Source of the DNA: an uncultured Syntrophaceae bacterium
GTDB taxonomy: Bacteria > Desulfobacterota > BSN033 > UBA1163
Direction: 5' to 3'
Assembly (NCBI GenBank): GCA_964517975.1
Contig: CAZFDM010000126.1
Location: forward strand, 1,818 to 65,817
DNA: 64,000 nucleotides
The notes below the pieces were generated by a model. That model searched no databases and had not been told where the DNA came from. It saw nothing but the letters and a program-made list of their open reading frames with translations. Below are positions 57,183-64,000 of this stretch, in pieces (the stretch's first letter is position 1; the number at the start of each line of letters is the position of its first letter). The translations under genes and the position numbers were made by a program.

Positions 57183-57602
57183 ATGATTTCTAAGTTGAAG
57201 GAGAAACGGCTTCGCCTAACCCCACAGCGACTTGCAGTTGTAAAGATTCTGGCTACAAGTCAGGACCATCTCAGTGTTGAGGGGATATACCAAAGAGTAA
57301 AAGCAGATTTTCCCGTTACCAGTTTAGCTACCATTTATAAAATCATAAATGTACTTAAAAACGTCGGTGAACTTATGGAACTTGGTTTTGTTGATGATTG
57401 TAACCGATATGATGGTGCCAGACCTTTTCCTCATCCCCATTTGATCTGTATTCGGTGCAGGAAAATCCTTGACCCCGATATCTCTACTTTAACCGAACTC
57501 CCTAAGGAGTTAGAGGAGAAGACAGGGTTTCAAATCATTAACCATCGTCTTGATTTCTTTGGTATTTGTCCCGAATGCCAAAGAGAAAAACCTATTTTAT
57601 GA
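57183..57602 (+). CDS. Fur-family transcriptional regulator (PerR-like)
   Basis: LRLTPQRLAVVKIL HTH, HPHLICIRC...CPEC metal sites; start at ATG 57183 (track ORF starts at TTG 57117 inside promoter). Confidence 0.75.
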   Translation: MISKLKEKRLRLTPQRLAVVKILATSQDHLSVEGIYQRVKADFPVTSLATIYKIINVLKNVGELMELGFVDDCNRYDGARPFPHPHLICIRCRKILDPDISTLTELPKELEEKTGFQIINHRLDFFGICPECQREKPIL

Positions 57603-57615
57603 AAAGGAGGAAGGA

Positions 57616-58116
57616 ATGATGGCTAAGACAGAACAATTTTTAAAGGAGGCCTTTGCAGGAGAGTCTCAGGCGAACAGAAGGTATTTAGCCTTTGCAGCCA
57701 AGGCAGAACAGGAAGGCTATCCTCAGGTCGCTCGTCTCTTTAGGGCTGCTGCAGAAGCAGAAACCATCCACGCCCATAATCATTTAAGGGCACTCAAAGG
57801 GATTCGAAGTACGAAGGAGAATCTGGAAGAGGCCATTGCTGGAGAGACTCACGAATTTAAGAAGATGTATCCAGAGATGATTGAAGCCGCCAAACAGGAA
57901 GGAAACAAAGAGGCAGAACGAACCTTTCATTATGCCAATGAAGTCGAGAAGGTCCATGCCAACCTCTATCAAACTCTCCTCAACAACTTGGGAAAAACTC
58001 AGGAGGCCTTCCCTTATTATGTATGCCCTATTTGTGGTTACACAGCCGAGCGGGAGGCTCCCGAAACCTGTCCGGTATGTGGCGTAAAAAAAGATAAGTT
58101 TAAAAAAATTGATTAA
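57616..58116 (+). CDS. rbr: rubrerythrin
   Basis: ferritin-like E..H motifs plus C-terminal rubredoxin CPICG...CPVCG; ATG 57616 after GGAGG. Confidence 0.85.
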   Translation: MMAKTEQFLKEAFAGESQANRRYLAFAAKAEQEGYPQVARLFRAAAEAETIHAHNHLRALKGIRSTKENLEEAIAGETHEFKKMYPEMIEAAKQEGNKEAERTFHYANEVEKVHANLYQTLLNNLGKTQEAFPYYVCPICGYTAEREAPETCPVCGVKKDKFKKID

Positions 58117-58151
58117 GAATTCCTTTTTTGAATCTTCCCTCTCGAAAGGAG

Positions 58152-58322
58152 ATGATCATTATGGCCGAACATGTGATTAAACTGACAGACCAAGAAGTTC
58201 AAAAAATCCAGGCTATCATTTTAGATCGAGATAAAGAGGAGGCCTTTCGATTTCTCGTCGATGTCATCAAAGAGAAATTGAAAGCACCGACCAGCCGTCC
58301 CTGTGGTCCGACCCCTGTATAA
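58152..58322 (+). CDS. small hypothetical protein
   Basis: AAGGAG RBS then ATG 58152; 56 aa; between rbr and tpx. Confidence 0.3.
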   Translation: MIIMAEHVIKLTDQEVQKIQAIILDRDKEEAFRFLVDVIKEKLKAPTSRPCGPTPV

Positions 58323-58346
58323 TACCATAAAAAAAGGAACCCTCTG

Positions 58347-58871
58347 ATGAAAGAACGAACAGGACGGATTACCTTTAAAGGAAATCCTCTAACTTTAATT
58401 GGAAATGAAGTAAAAGTCGGGGATGAGGCCCCTGACTTTATTGCTTTGGACCCTGATCTTAACCCTATCTCATTTTCGACCTATCGGGGGAAGACCTGTC
58501 TTCTCTCTTCTGTCCCCTCCCTGGATACCCCAGTCTGTAATATGGAGACTCGAAGGTTCAATGAAGAAGCAAGCCGTTTAGGTCCAGACCTCACTATTCT
58601 TACCATCAGTATGGACCTTCCCTTTGCACAAAAAAGATGGTGTGCTGCCACAGGAGTAGATCGCATTCAAACTCTTTCCGACCATCGGGATGCCTCCTTT
58701 GGAACTTCCTATGGTGTTTTGATAAAGGAGTTAAGGCTTTTAGCCCGAGCTCTCTTTTTGGTGGATAAAAAAGGGGTCGTTCAATATGTCCAGATCGTTA
58801 AAGAGATAACCCATGAACCTGATTATGAATCCGTCTTAGGAGCCTTAAAAAATTTTGGGGGAGGAACATGA
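58347..58871 (+). CDS. tpx: thiol peroxidase (atypical 2-Cys peroxiredoxin)
   Basis: SLDTPVC peroxidatic motif, 174 aa. Confidence 0.85.
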   Translation: MKERTGRITFKGNPLTLIGNEVKVGDEAPDFIALDPDLNPISFSTYRGKTCLLSSVPSLDTPVCNMETRRFNEEASRLGPDLTILTISMDLPFAQKRWCAATGVDRIQTLSDHRDASFGTSYGVLIKELRLLARALFLVDKKGVVQYVQIVKEITHEPDYESVLGALKNFGGGT

Positions 58872-59431
58872 AAAAGATCATCTTTTTGGTTCTTTTGGTC
58901 TTAACTCTTCCATTTTTAGGGTTCCCATCGAATAAGCCTCCGGAAAAGGGTGAGTCCTTTCCATCCATCCAACTCCCTATCCCAAAGAGTCCATCTGAAA
59001 AAGCCTATCTTGGTCTTTCAGGAGAAGGCCTATTTAAAATCCCTCAAATTAAAGCAAAGGTGCTCATCATTGAGATTTTTAGTATGTATTGTCCCCATTG
59101 TCAGAAGGATGCCCCTGGAGTGAATGAGCTTTATGATCGGATTGAAAAGAACCCAGACTTCAAAGGGAAGATTAAACTCATCGGCATTGGCGTAGGAAAT
59201 ACCCCTTTCGAAGTAGAAATGTTTAAGAAGACCTATCAGATTCCCTTTCCCCTCTTTCCAGATCGAGACTATCTCCTTCATAAAGCCTTTGGCGAAGTGA
59301 GAACGCCTTACTTTATGGTAGTCAAAATCAAAGAGGAAGGGGCTTTAGAGATCGTTCACACCCAATTGGGAGGATATCCTGGAGCCGAAGCCTTTTTGGA
59401 ATTGGTTCAAAAAGTATCGGGATTAAAATAG
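58868..59431 (+). CDS. TlpA/ResA-like periplasmic thiol-disulfide oxidoreductase
   Basis: signal peptide, thioredoxin-fold CPHC motif. Confidence 0.7.
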   Translation: MKKIIFLVLLVLTLPFLGFPSNKPPEKGESFPSIQLPIPKSPSEKAYLGLSGEGLFKIPQIKAKVLIIEIFSMYCPHCQKDAPGVNELYDRIEKNPDFKGKIKLIGIGVGNTPFEVEMFKKTYQIPFPLFPDRDYLLHKAFGEVRTPYFMVVKIKEEGALEIVHTQLGGYPGAEAFLELVQKVSGLK

Positions 59432-59442
59432 GAGCCTTTAAG

Positions 59443-60060
59443 ATGAAAGAAAAAACCCTTTCTGTTCTTATCCTTCTTGGTTTGATGCTCTCCCTGTGGA
59501 TTTACACCCAAGACATTTGGGGTGTTTCTGAGGTATTCAAAGAAAATATCTTTCCGGTTGGCAAACTGAAACCTATTGATAGTCAATTAAAAGTAAAAGT
59601 TGGGGAGCGCGCTCCTGATTTTACCCTTCCTTCGATCTCTGGAGAAAAGATTTCACTAAGGCAATATCGAGAGAAAAAGAATGTCGTTCTTTCCTTTGTC
59701 CCTGCTGCGTGGACTCCTGTTTGTTCTGACCAGTGGCCGGGATATAATATTGCAAAGGAGATGTTTGACCAACACGAAGCCATCCTCCTTGGAATTGCGG
59801 TGGATAATCTTCCTACTCTTTTTGCCTGGACCAATCAGATGGGTAAACTCTGGTTCCCTGTGCTCTCTGATTTTTGGCCTCACGGAAAGGTAGCCAAAAG
59901 ATATGGGGTTTTGCGGTCTGATGGAACAGCAGAGCGGGCTCTCTTTGTAATCGATAAAAAAGGAATTATCCGCTACATTGACGTTCATGATATTAACAAA
60001 AGACCTCCACTTGAAGATCTGATGGGGGCTTTAGAAAAGCTAAAAACCCCATCACTCTAA
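59443..60060 (+). CDS. exported AhpC/TSA-family peroxiredoxin (Cys form)
   Basis: signal peptide, VPAAWTPVCSDQ peroxidatic motif; paralogue of the TGA-containing Prx at 14740..15354. Confidence 0.8.
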   Translation: MKEKTLSVLILLGLMLSLWIYTQDIWGVSEVFKENIFPVGKLKPIDSQLKVKVGERAPDFTLPSISGEKISLRQYREKKNVVLSFVPAAWTPVCSDQWPGYNIAKEMFDQHEAILLGIAVDNLPTLFAWTNQMGKLWFPVLSDFWPHGKVAKRYGVLRSDGTAERALFVIDKKGIIRYIDVHDINKRPPLEDLMGALEKLKTPSL

Positions 60061-60869
60061 TACCCTCTACCCCTCCTCTCTCCATTAAGGTGAGAAAGAG
60101 GGGTGGCAGGGGCTTGATTTAAATCCCCCAATTCATACTGTAGAATCCCGATTAAAGTAATGGCTGCCGTTTCTGTTCTAAGAATTCGTTGTCCCAATTT
60201 TACAGGGATAAACCCTTTCTCCATAGCAAGCCCTACTTCCTCTCTCGTAAATCCCCCTTCAGGCCCAACCATAAGATATATTCTTTTGACCTTATCATTA
60301 TTAGAGACTTCCCTCTCAGTTCGTAAGACCTCTTTTAGTCTCCTTCCTTCCTTCTCCCAGAGAAGAATCTTTAATCCCTCTTCTTCAGCCCATTTTAAAG
60401 CCTCCTGAAAGGTGCAATAGGACCCTATCTGAGGTACCCTTGCCCTCCTTGACTGCTGGGTTGCTTTAATAGCGATCTCTTGCCAGCGGTGAGCCTTCTT
60501 CTGTTTCGTTTCCCTTTCCTCTAAGGAAATAGACCTTTCTGATTTAAAAGGGACGATGGTCGAAACCCCCAATTCCGTTGCCTTTTGAATAATCCATTCC
60601 ATCCGTTCTTTCTTCGGGAGAGCCTGAAGAAGAACGATCTCCAACAGAGATTCAATCGGAAAGGTAAATGCCTCAAAGACAAGGGCGGATGCCTCCTCTT
60701 TCGAAATTCTAAGTATCCTTCCCCTGAAATCCCTCCCTTCTGAATCCGTGAGGGTGATGATACTTCCTACCCGCGCTCTTTGAAAACGAAGGGCCTCCAG
60801 AGGAGGCCCTTGAATTAAAACTTCCTGATTGATCTTAATGACATGATTAAGGACAATTCTATCCCTCAC
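60057..60869 (-). CDS. rsmE: 16S rRNA (uracil1498-N3)-methyltransferase
   Basis: RsmE-like PUA then SPOUT domain (GPEGGFTREE, RILRTETA); GTG start at 60869 aligns with E. coli MRIPRIY (track ORF extends to 60932, overlapping lon). Confidence 0.7.
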   Translation of the reverse strand: MRDRIVLNHVIKINQEVLIQGPPLEALRFQRARVGSIITLTDSEGRDFRGRILRISKEEASALVFEAFTFPIESLLEIVLLQALPKKERMEWIIQKATELGVSTIVPFKSERSISLEERETKQKKAHRWQEIAIKATQQSRRARVPQIGSYCTFQEALKWAEEEGLKILLWEKEGRRLKEVLRTEREVSNNDKVKRIYLMVGPEGGFTREEVGLAMEKGFIPVKLGQRILRTETAAITLIGILQYELGDLNQAPATPLSHLNGERRGRGY

Positions 60870-63345
60870 AGGTCGATTTTCTCCCTCTCTTCTTTTTCTC
60901 CTCTTTAGCCCCTTCCTCTCCTCCTCCTTCAAATTCTCTGATCTTCATTCCCAATTCTCGAAGTTTCTTGTCCACCAGGTCATTGACCGTTCCTTCTTTA
61001 AATCGTCCATCCTCCATTCTTTCTCCAGCCTCTACCCCTGTAAGGATTTCAATTCCCTGATCGATCGTCCGAACAGGATAGATGTGAAATTTCCCTTCCT
61101 TCACCGCCTGAACGACATCCTTTCTCAGCATCAGATCATCGACATTGAGATGGGGGATCATCACCCCTTGTCTTCCGGTCAACCCTTTGGCCTTACAGAC
61201 ATCAAAGAACCCTTCGATCTTTTCATTCACTCCACCGATGGGTTGAATCTCTCCCTTTTGGTTGACCGAACCCGTCACCGCAATATCCTGCCTGAGTGGG
61301 AGTCCGGAAAGGCTGGAAAGCAATGCATAGATTTCCGTTGAGGAGGCACTATCCCCTTCCACGCCGCTGTAGGACTGTTCGAAACAGAGACTGGCGCTCA
61401 TTGTGATGGGCTTATCCTGGGCATATTTTCCCCGTAAATATCCGGCCAGGATATAGACTCCTTTGTTATGAATGGGACCACTCATCTCCGCTTCTCTCTC
61501 GATATTGATAATCCCGGCTTTCCCTAATGAAGTTTTTGCCGTGATTCGAGAGGGTTTGCCAAACATGTAATCTCCTAAGTTGTAAATGGAGAGGCCATTG
61601 ACCTGCCCTACCACCATCCCGTCTGAATCGATCAGGATCGTCCCATCCTCGATCATCTCTTGAATCTTCTCTTCGATAAGGTTGACTCGGTACACCTTTT
61701 TTTCGATGGCCTTATCGACATGTTGTTCCTTTACAACCTCACTTCCATCCTTTTCTGCCCAATAATTTGCCTCTCTCAAAAGGTCGGCAATCAGGTGAAA
61801 CCGTGTGGAGAGTTTCTTCTGCTTCCCAGTCAGTTTAACCCCATATTCCACCACTGCGGCGATTCCTGTTCGGTCAAAAGGCCTTAACTTATCCTCCTCA
61901 CAGATCTTTTTAATGAAGGAAGCATATTGGTAAACCTTCTCATCATCTCGATTCATCACCGAATCAAAATCTGCCTTGATCTTAAAGATCTTCTTAAAAT
62001 CGTCATCCAAATTGTAGAGGAGGTAATAGAGATGGGCATCCCCAATCATGATCACTTTGGTATTGCATTCAATGGGCTCAGGTTTGAGGGCAGAGGTGGA
62101 GAAGAAATAAAACGGGTCATAGGTCTGGATTTCAATCACTTGATTTTTCAGGGTCCTCTTCAAGGCAGGCCACACCCAGGGCTCAGTGAGGGCATCCAGG
62201 GCATTAAAGATTAAATATCCTCCGTTTGCCCTTAAAAATGACCCTGCCTTGATATGCATGAAGTCTGTCCTCCAGACTCCAGAACGATCCAACACCCTTT
62301 CGATCGTCCCAAAGAGATTTCTGTAGTTTGGAGTGGTTTCCACAATGACAGGAGCCCCCTTGGTCTCCGAATTGTCCACCAACACGTTGACCTGGTATTC
62401 ACTGAAGGTGTCCACAGGTTGAGGGAAGGTTAGCCCTGGAAGGGGAGGGGCCACTGGTTCCTCTTTTTCTCTAAAGCGGGAAAGGTTGGCTAAAATATGC
62501 TCCTCAACTTCCTCTAAATAGTTTAGGACCTTTTCACTATTGAACCTCTCTTTAATATCAGAGATGGAGTCCTTTACTACCGGTGAGATCACCTCATTGT
62601 CCAGGGCAGTCAGTTCCTCCCTAATCCCCTTCTCTGCCTTCCTCGTCTCCTTGAAGATGTTTTCCAACTCATTGATCAGTTCAGCCTGCTTCGCTTTTAG
62701 CCTTTCAAGATCTTCTTTGGGAAACTTATCCTCTTCGGCCATCGCTTCCAATTGCTCGATGTTGACTGGATTTCCCTCCAAGACAGGAAAGATCCCCGGC
62801 CTTGAATAGGGACCCATCTGGACTTGAACCAGGGCAAATCCTTCCTTATTCACCTTTCTTTCAAAATCTCTGAATATCTCTGCCTGCCTAGTTCGATATC
62901 TTTCCAATACCTCTTTTTTCTTATCCAGATAGGTCTCATTTTCAAAAATGAGAGGGATTTTCTTCTTTAAGGTTTCGATTAGATTCTCCATCTCTTTTTT
63001 GAAGGCAATCCCTTGGCCTGCAGGGAGGGTTAACATATGGGGCATATCAGGATTCTTAAAATTGTTCACATAGCAGATGTCATTGGGTATCCTTCCCTTA
63101 ACATCCATTTCTTCAAGAAGGCGTTTTATCGTTGTGAAACGCCCTGTTCCAGCCAGACCGGTCACAAAGATGTTATATCCAATGCTATGAATATCCAACC
63201 CCACACGGATTGCCTCCAGAGCCCTTTCTTGGCCAATGATCTCTTGGCAAGGTTTGATGGCATCGGTGGTCTCAAAAGGAATTTGGTTTGGATCACAGCG
63301 CCACCTCAATTTTTCTACTGGAACTTCTTCAAATACCTTATCCAT
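60859..63345 (-). CDS. Lon-like ATP-dependent protease (LonC/COG1067 type)
   Basis: Walker A GLAGTGRF, C-terminal S16 protease domain with GVEGDSASS serine motif; 828 aa. Confidence 0.75.
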   Translation of the reverse strand: MDKVFEEVPVEKLRWRCDPNQIPFETTDAIKPCQEIIGQERALEAIRVGLDIHSIGYNIFVTGLAGTGRFTTIKRLLEEMDVKGRIPNDICYVNNFKNPDMPHMLTLPAGQGIAFKKEMENLIETLKKKIPLIFENETYLDKKKEVLERYRTRQAEIFRDFERKVNKEGFALVQVQMGPYSRPGIFPVLEGNPVNIEQLEAMAEEDKFPKEDLERLKAKQAELINELENIFKETRKAEKGIREELTALDNEVISPVVKDSISDIKERFNSEKVLNYLEEVEEHILANLSRFREKEEPVAPPLPGLTFPQPVDTFSEYQVNVLVDNSETKGAPVIVETTPNYRNLFGTIERVLDRSGVWRTDFMHIKAGSFLRANGGYLIFNALDALTEPWVWPALKRTLKNQVIEIQTYDPFYFFSTSALKPEPIECNTKVIMIGDAHLYYLLYNLDDDFKKIFKIKADFDSVMNRDDEKVYQYASFIKKICEEDKLRPFDRTGIAAVVEYGVKLTGKQKKLSTRFHLIADLLREANYWAEKDGSEVVKEQHVDKAIEKKVYRVNLIEEKIQEMIEDGTILIDSDGMVVGQVNGLSIYNLGDYMFGKPSRITAKTSLGKAGIINIEREAEMSGPIHNKGVYILAGYLRGKYAQDKPITMSASLCFEQSYSGVEGDSASSTEIYALLSSLSGLPLRQDIAVTGSVNQKGEIQPIGGVNEKIEGFFDVCKAKGLTGRQGVMIPHLNVDDLMLRKDVVQAVKEGKFHIYPVRTIDQGIEILTGVEAGERMEDGRFKEGTVNDLVDKKLRELGMKIREFEGGGEEGAKEEKKKRGRKSTCEG

Positions 63346-63546
63346 GATCCACTCCTCTCATTGAAGTATCAAAATTTTTTCGTTTTAATTTTCTACCTTA
63401 GAATTAGTGAAATGTCAACCTTGGGGGAAATTCTTTTGTTATAGGATAATGGGTGAAAACCTTTTCAGGTTTCAATTTTTCATTGCCTTCTTCGTCTTTT
63501 CAGATTAATATAAAACCATCTCTGTAAAGACGTAGAGGAGGAGAAT

Positions 63547-64000
63547 ATGTTGATGAAACCTTTTTCCATGCATCTTAACTTTAAGACCGGGGATCTCATC
63601 CCCCATGACCGAAAAAATATCCGTAAGCTCAGCCACATGAGGGGTATGTTTTTTGATACGGAAGCCGAGGATCGAATCCTTAAAAACGAAGACCCCGTGA
63701 TTTACTTCTTCAATGAGAAAATTCTACCCGAAGAGAATGGTCATCTTCAGATTGCTTCAACGACCATTCTTCCTGGTAAGATCGGTGAAGAATATTTTAT
63801 GACCAAAGGTCACTATCATCGAAGACCCGATACCTCAGAGGTCTATCTCGGGTTGGAAGGAGAAGGATATCTTCTCATTCAGACAGAGAGAGGAGATTTC
63901 GAATCCATCCTCATCAAGCCCGGGGTGGTTGCCTATATTCCTCCCTACTGGGGACACCGAATGGTCAATACCGGTACAAGGCCGTTTGTCTTCTTTGCTG
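63547..64000 (+). CDS. cupin-type glucose-6-phosphate isomerase (archaeal cPGI type), 5' part; continues past window
   Basis: GGAGG RBS; signature T-x3-P-x3-G-x-E-x3-T-x-G-H-x-H-x6-E-x-Y present as TTILPGKIGEEYFMTKGHYHRRPDTSEVY; strong colinearity with Pyrococcus cPGI. Confidence 0.75.
   Translation, partial: MLMKPFSMHLNFKTGDLIPHDRKNIRKLSHMRGMFFDTEAEDRILKNEDPVIYFFNEKILPEENGHLQIASTTILPGKIGEEYFMTKGHYHRRPDTSEVYLGLEGEGYLLIQTERGDFESILIKPGVVAYIPPYWGHRMVNTGTRPFVFFA

Noticed and set aside
58128-58322. Longer form of the small ORF starting at TTG 58128
   Set aside because: An AAGGAG RBS precedes the internal ATG at 58152, so the shorter form is preferred. Even that is low confidence.
60870-60932. 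N-terminal 21-aa extension of rsmE (MKEEERKGLKRRKRREGENRP) overlapping the lon 3' end by 74 nt
   Set aside because: The RsmE alignment begins at VRDRIVL (GTG 60869). The extension is an out-of-frame read of the lon C-terminal coding region.
1-64000. Scan for rRNA or tRNA genes and transposases/integrases
   Set aside because: No cloverleaf-compatible 70-90-nt segments were found in intergenic gaps. There is no rRNA-like region, no transposase or integrase ORF and no long terminal inverted repeats.

Overview
This 64 kb window is from a Gram-negative, probably anaerobic bacterium. The markers are LptD, an LPS sugar locus, rubrerythrin, a sigma-54 activator and a Psr-type molybdoenzyme. The standard genetic code is in use, because TGA ends many genes. 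Coding density is high. No rRNA or tRNA genes, no CRISPR array, and no transposase or integrase were found.

Gene content by region:
- 1-9.3 kb (+): folC 3' end, lptD, rmlA-rmlC-[300 bp structured AT-rich spacer]-rmlB-rmlD, ugd, lpxH, gmhB, trm112-like.
- 9.7-14 kb: yajD-type HNH gene, a stand-alone DGQHR-domain (DndB/DpdB-like) protein plus an FAD oxidoreductase, an unknown protein built of two tandem repeats, and a macro-domain protein.
- 14.7-15.4 kb (-): a peroxiredoxin whose peroxidatic Cys codon is an in-frame TGA. This is a candidate selenoprotein and the strongest finding.
- 15.4-24.4 kb: housekeeping and hypothetical genes (DUF1178, BFN-PDZ nuclease, GemA-like orphan, beta-CASP RNase, LOG, thiolase-DUF35 fusion).
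- 24.4-33.3 kb (-): sud-like rhodanese, psrA, psrB, torD-like chaperone, a small Tat-lipoprotein candidate and nrfD/psrC, with a sigma-54 two-component module upstream (hybrid HK, NtrC-type RR, single REC).
- 33.4-40.2 kb: an unknown secreted 450-aa protein, divergent from an RR-HK-HD-GYP-HEAT-repeat signalling operon.
- 40.2-47.2 kb: nth, a class-III aminotransferase, a nicotinamidase and a 1169-aa GH13-like enzyme.
- 47.3-52.7 kb (+): a compact, apparently AT-richer defense island: vapBC, a type III mod gene frameshifted at an A8 tract, a DUF4160/DUF2442 pair, and type III res.
- 52.8-64 kb: DUF72, hisI-hisG, rlmD frameshifted at a T8 tract, a family-5 UDG, an oxidative-stress cluster (Fur/PerR-like, rubrerythrin, tpx, TlpA-like, prx), rsmE, a Lon-like protease and the 5' part of an archaeal-type cupin PGI.

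Both frameshifts are a single extra base in an 8-mer homopolymer, so a systematic sequencing error is as likely as biology. All calls rest on reading the translated ORFs and the DNA by eye; nothing was searched or computed.
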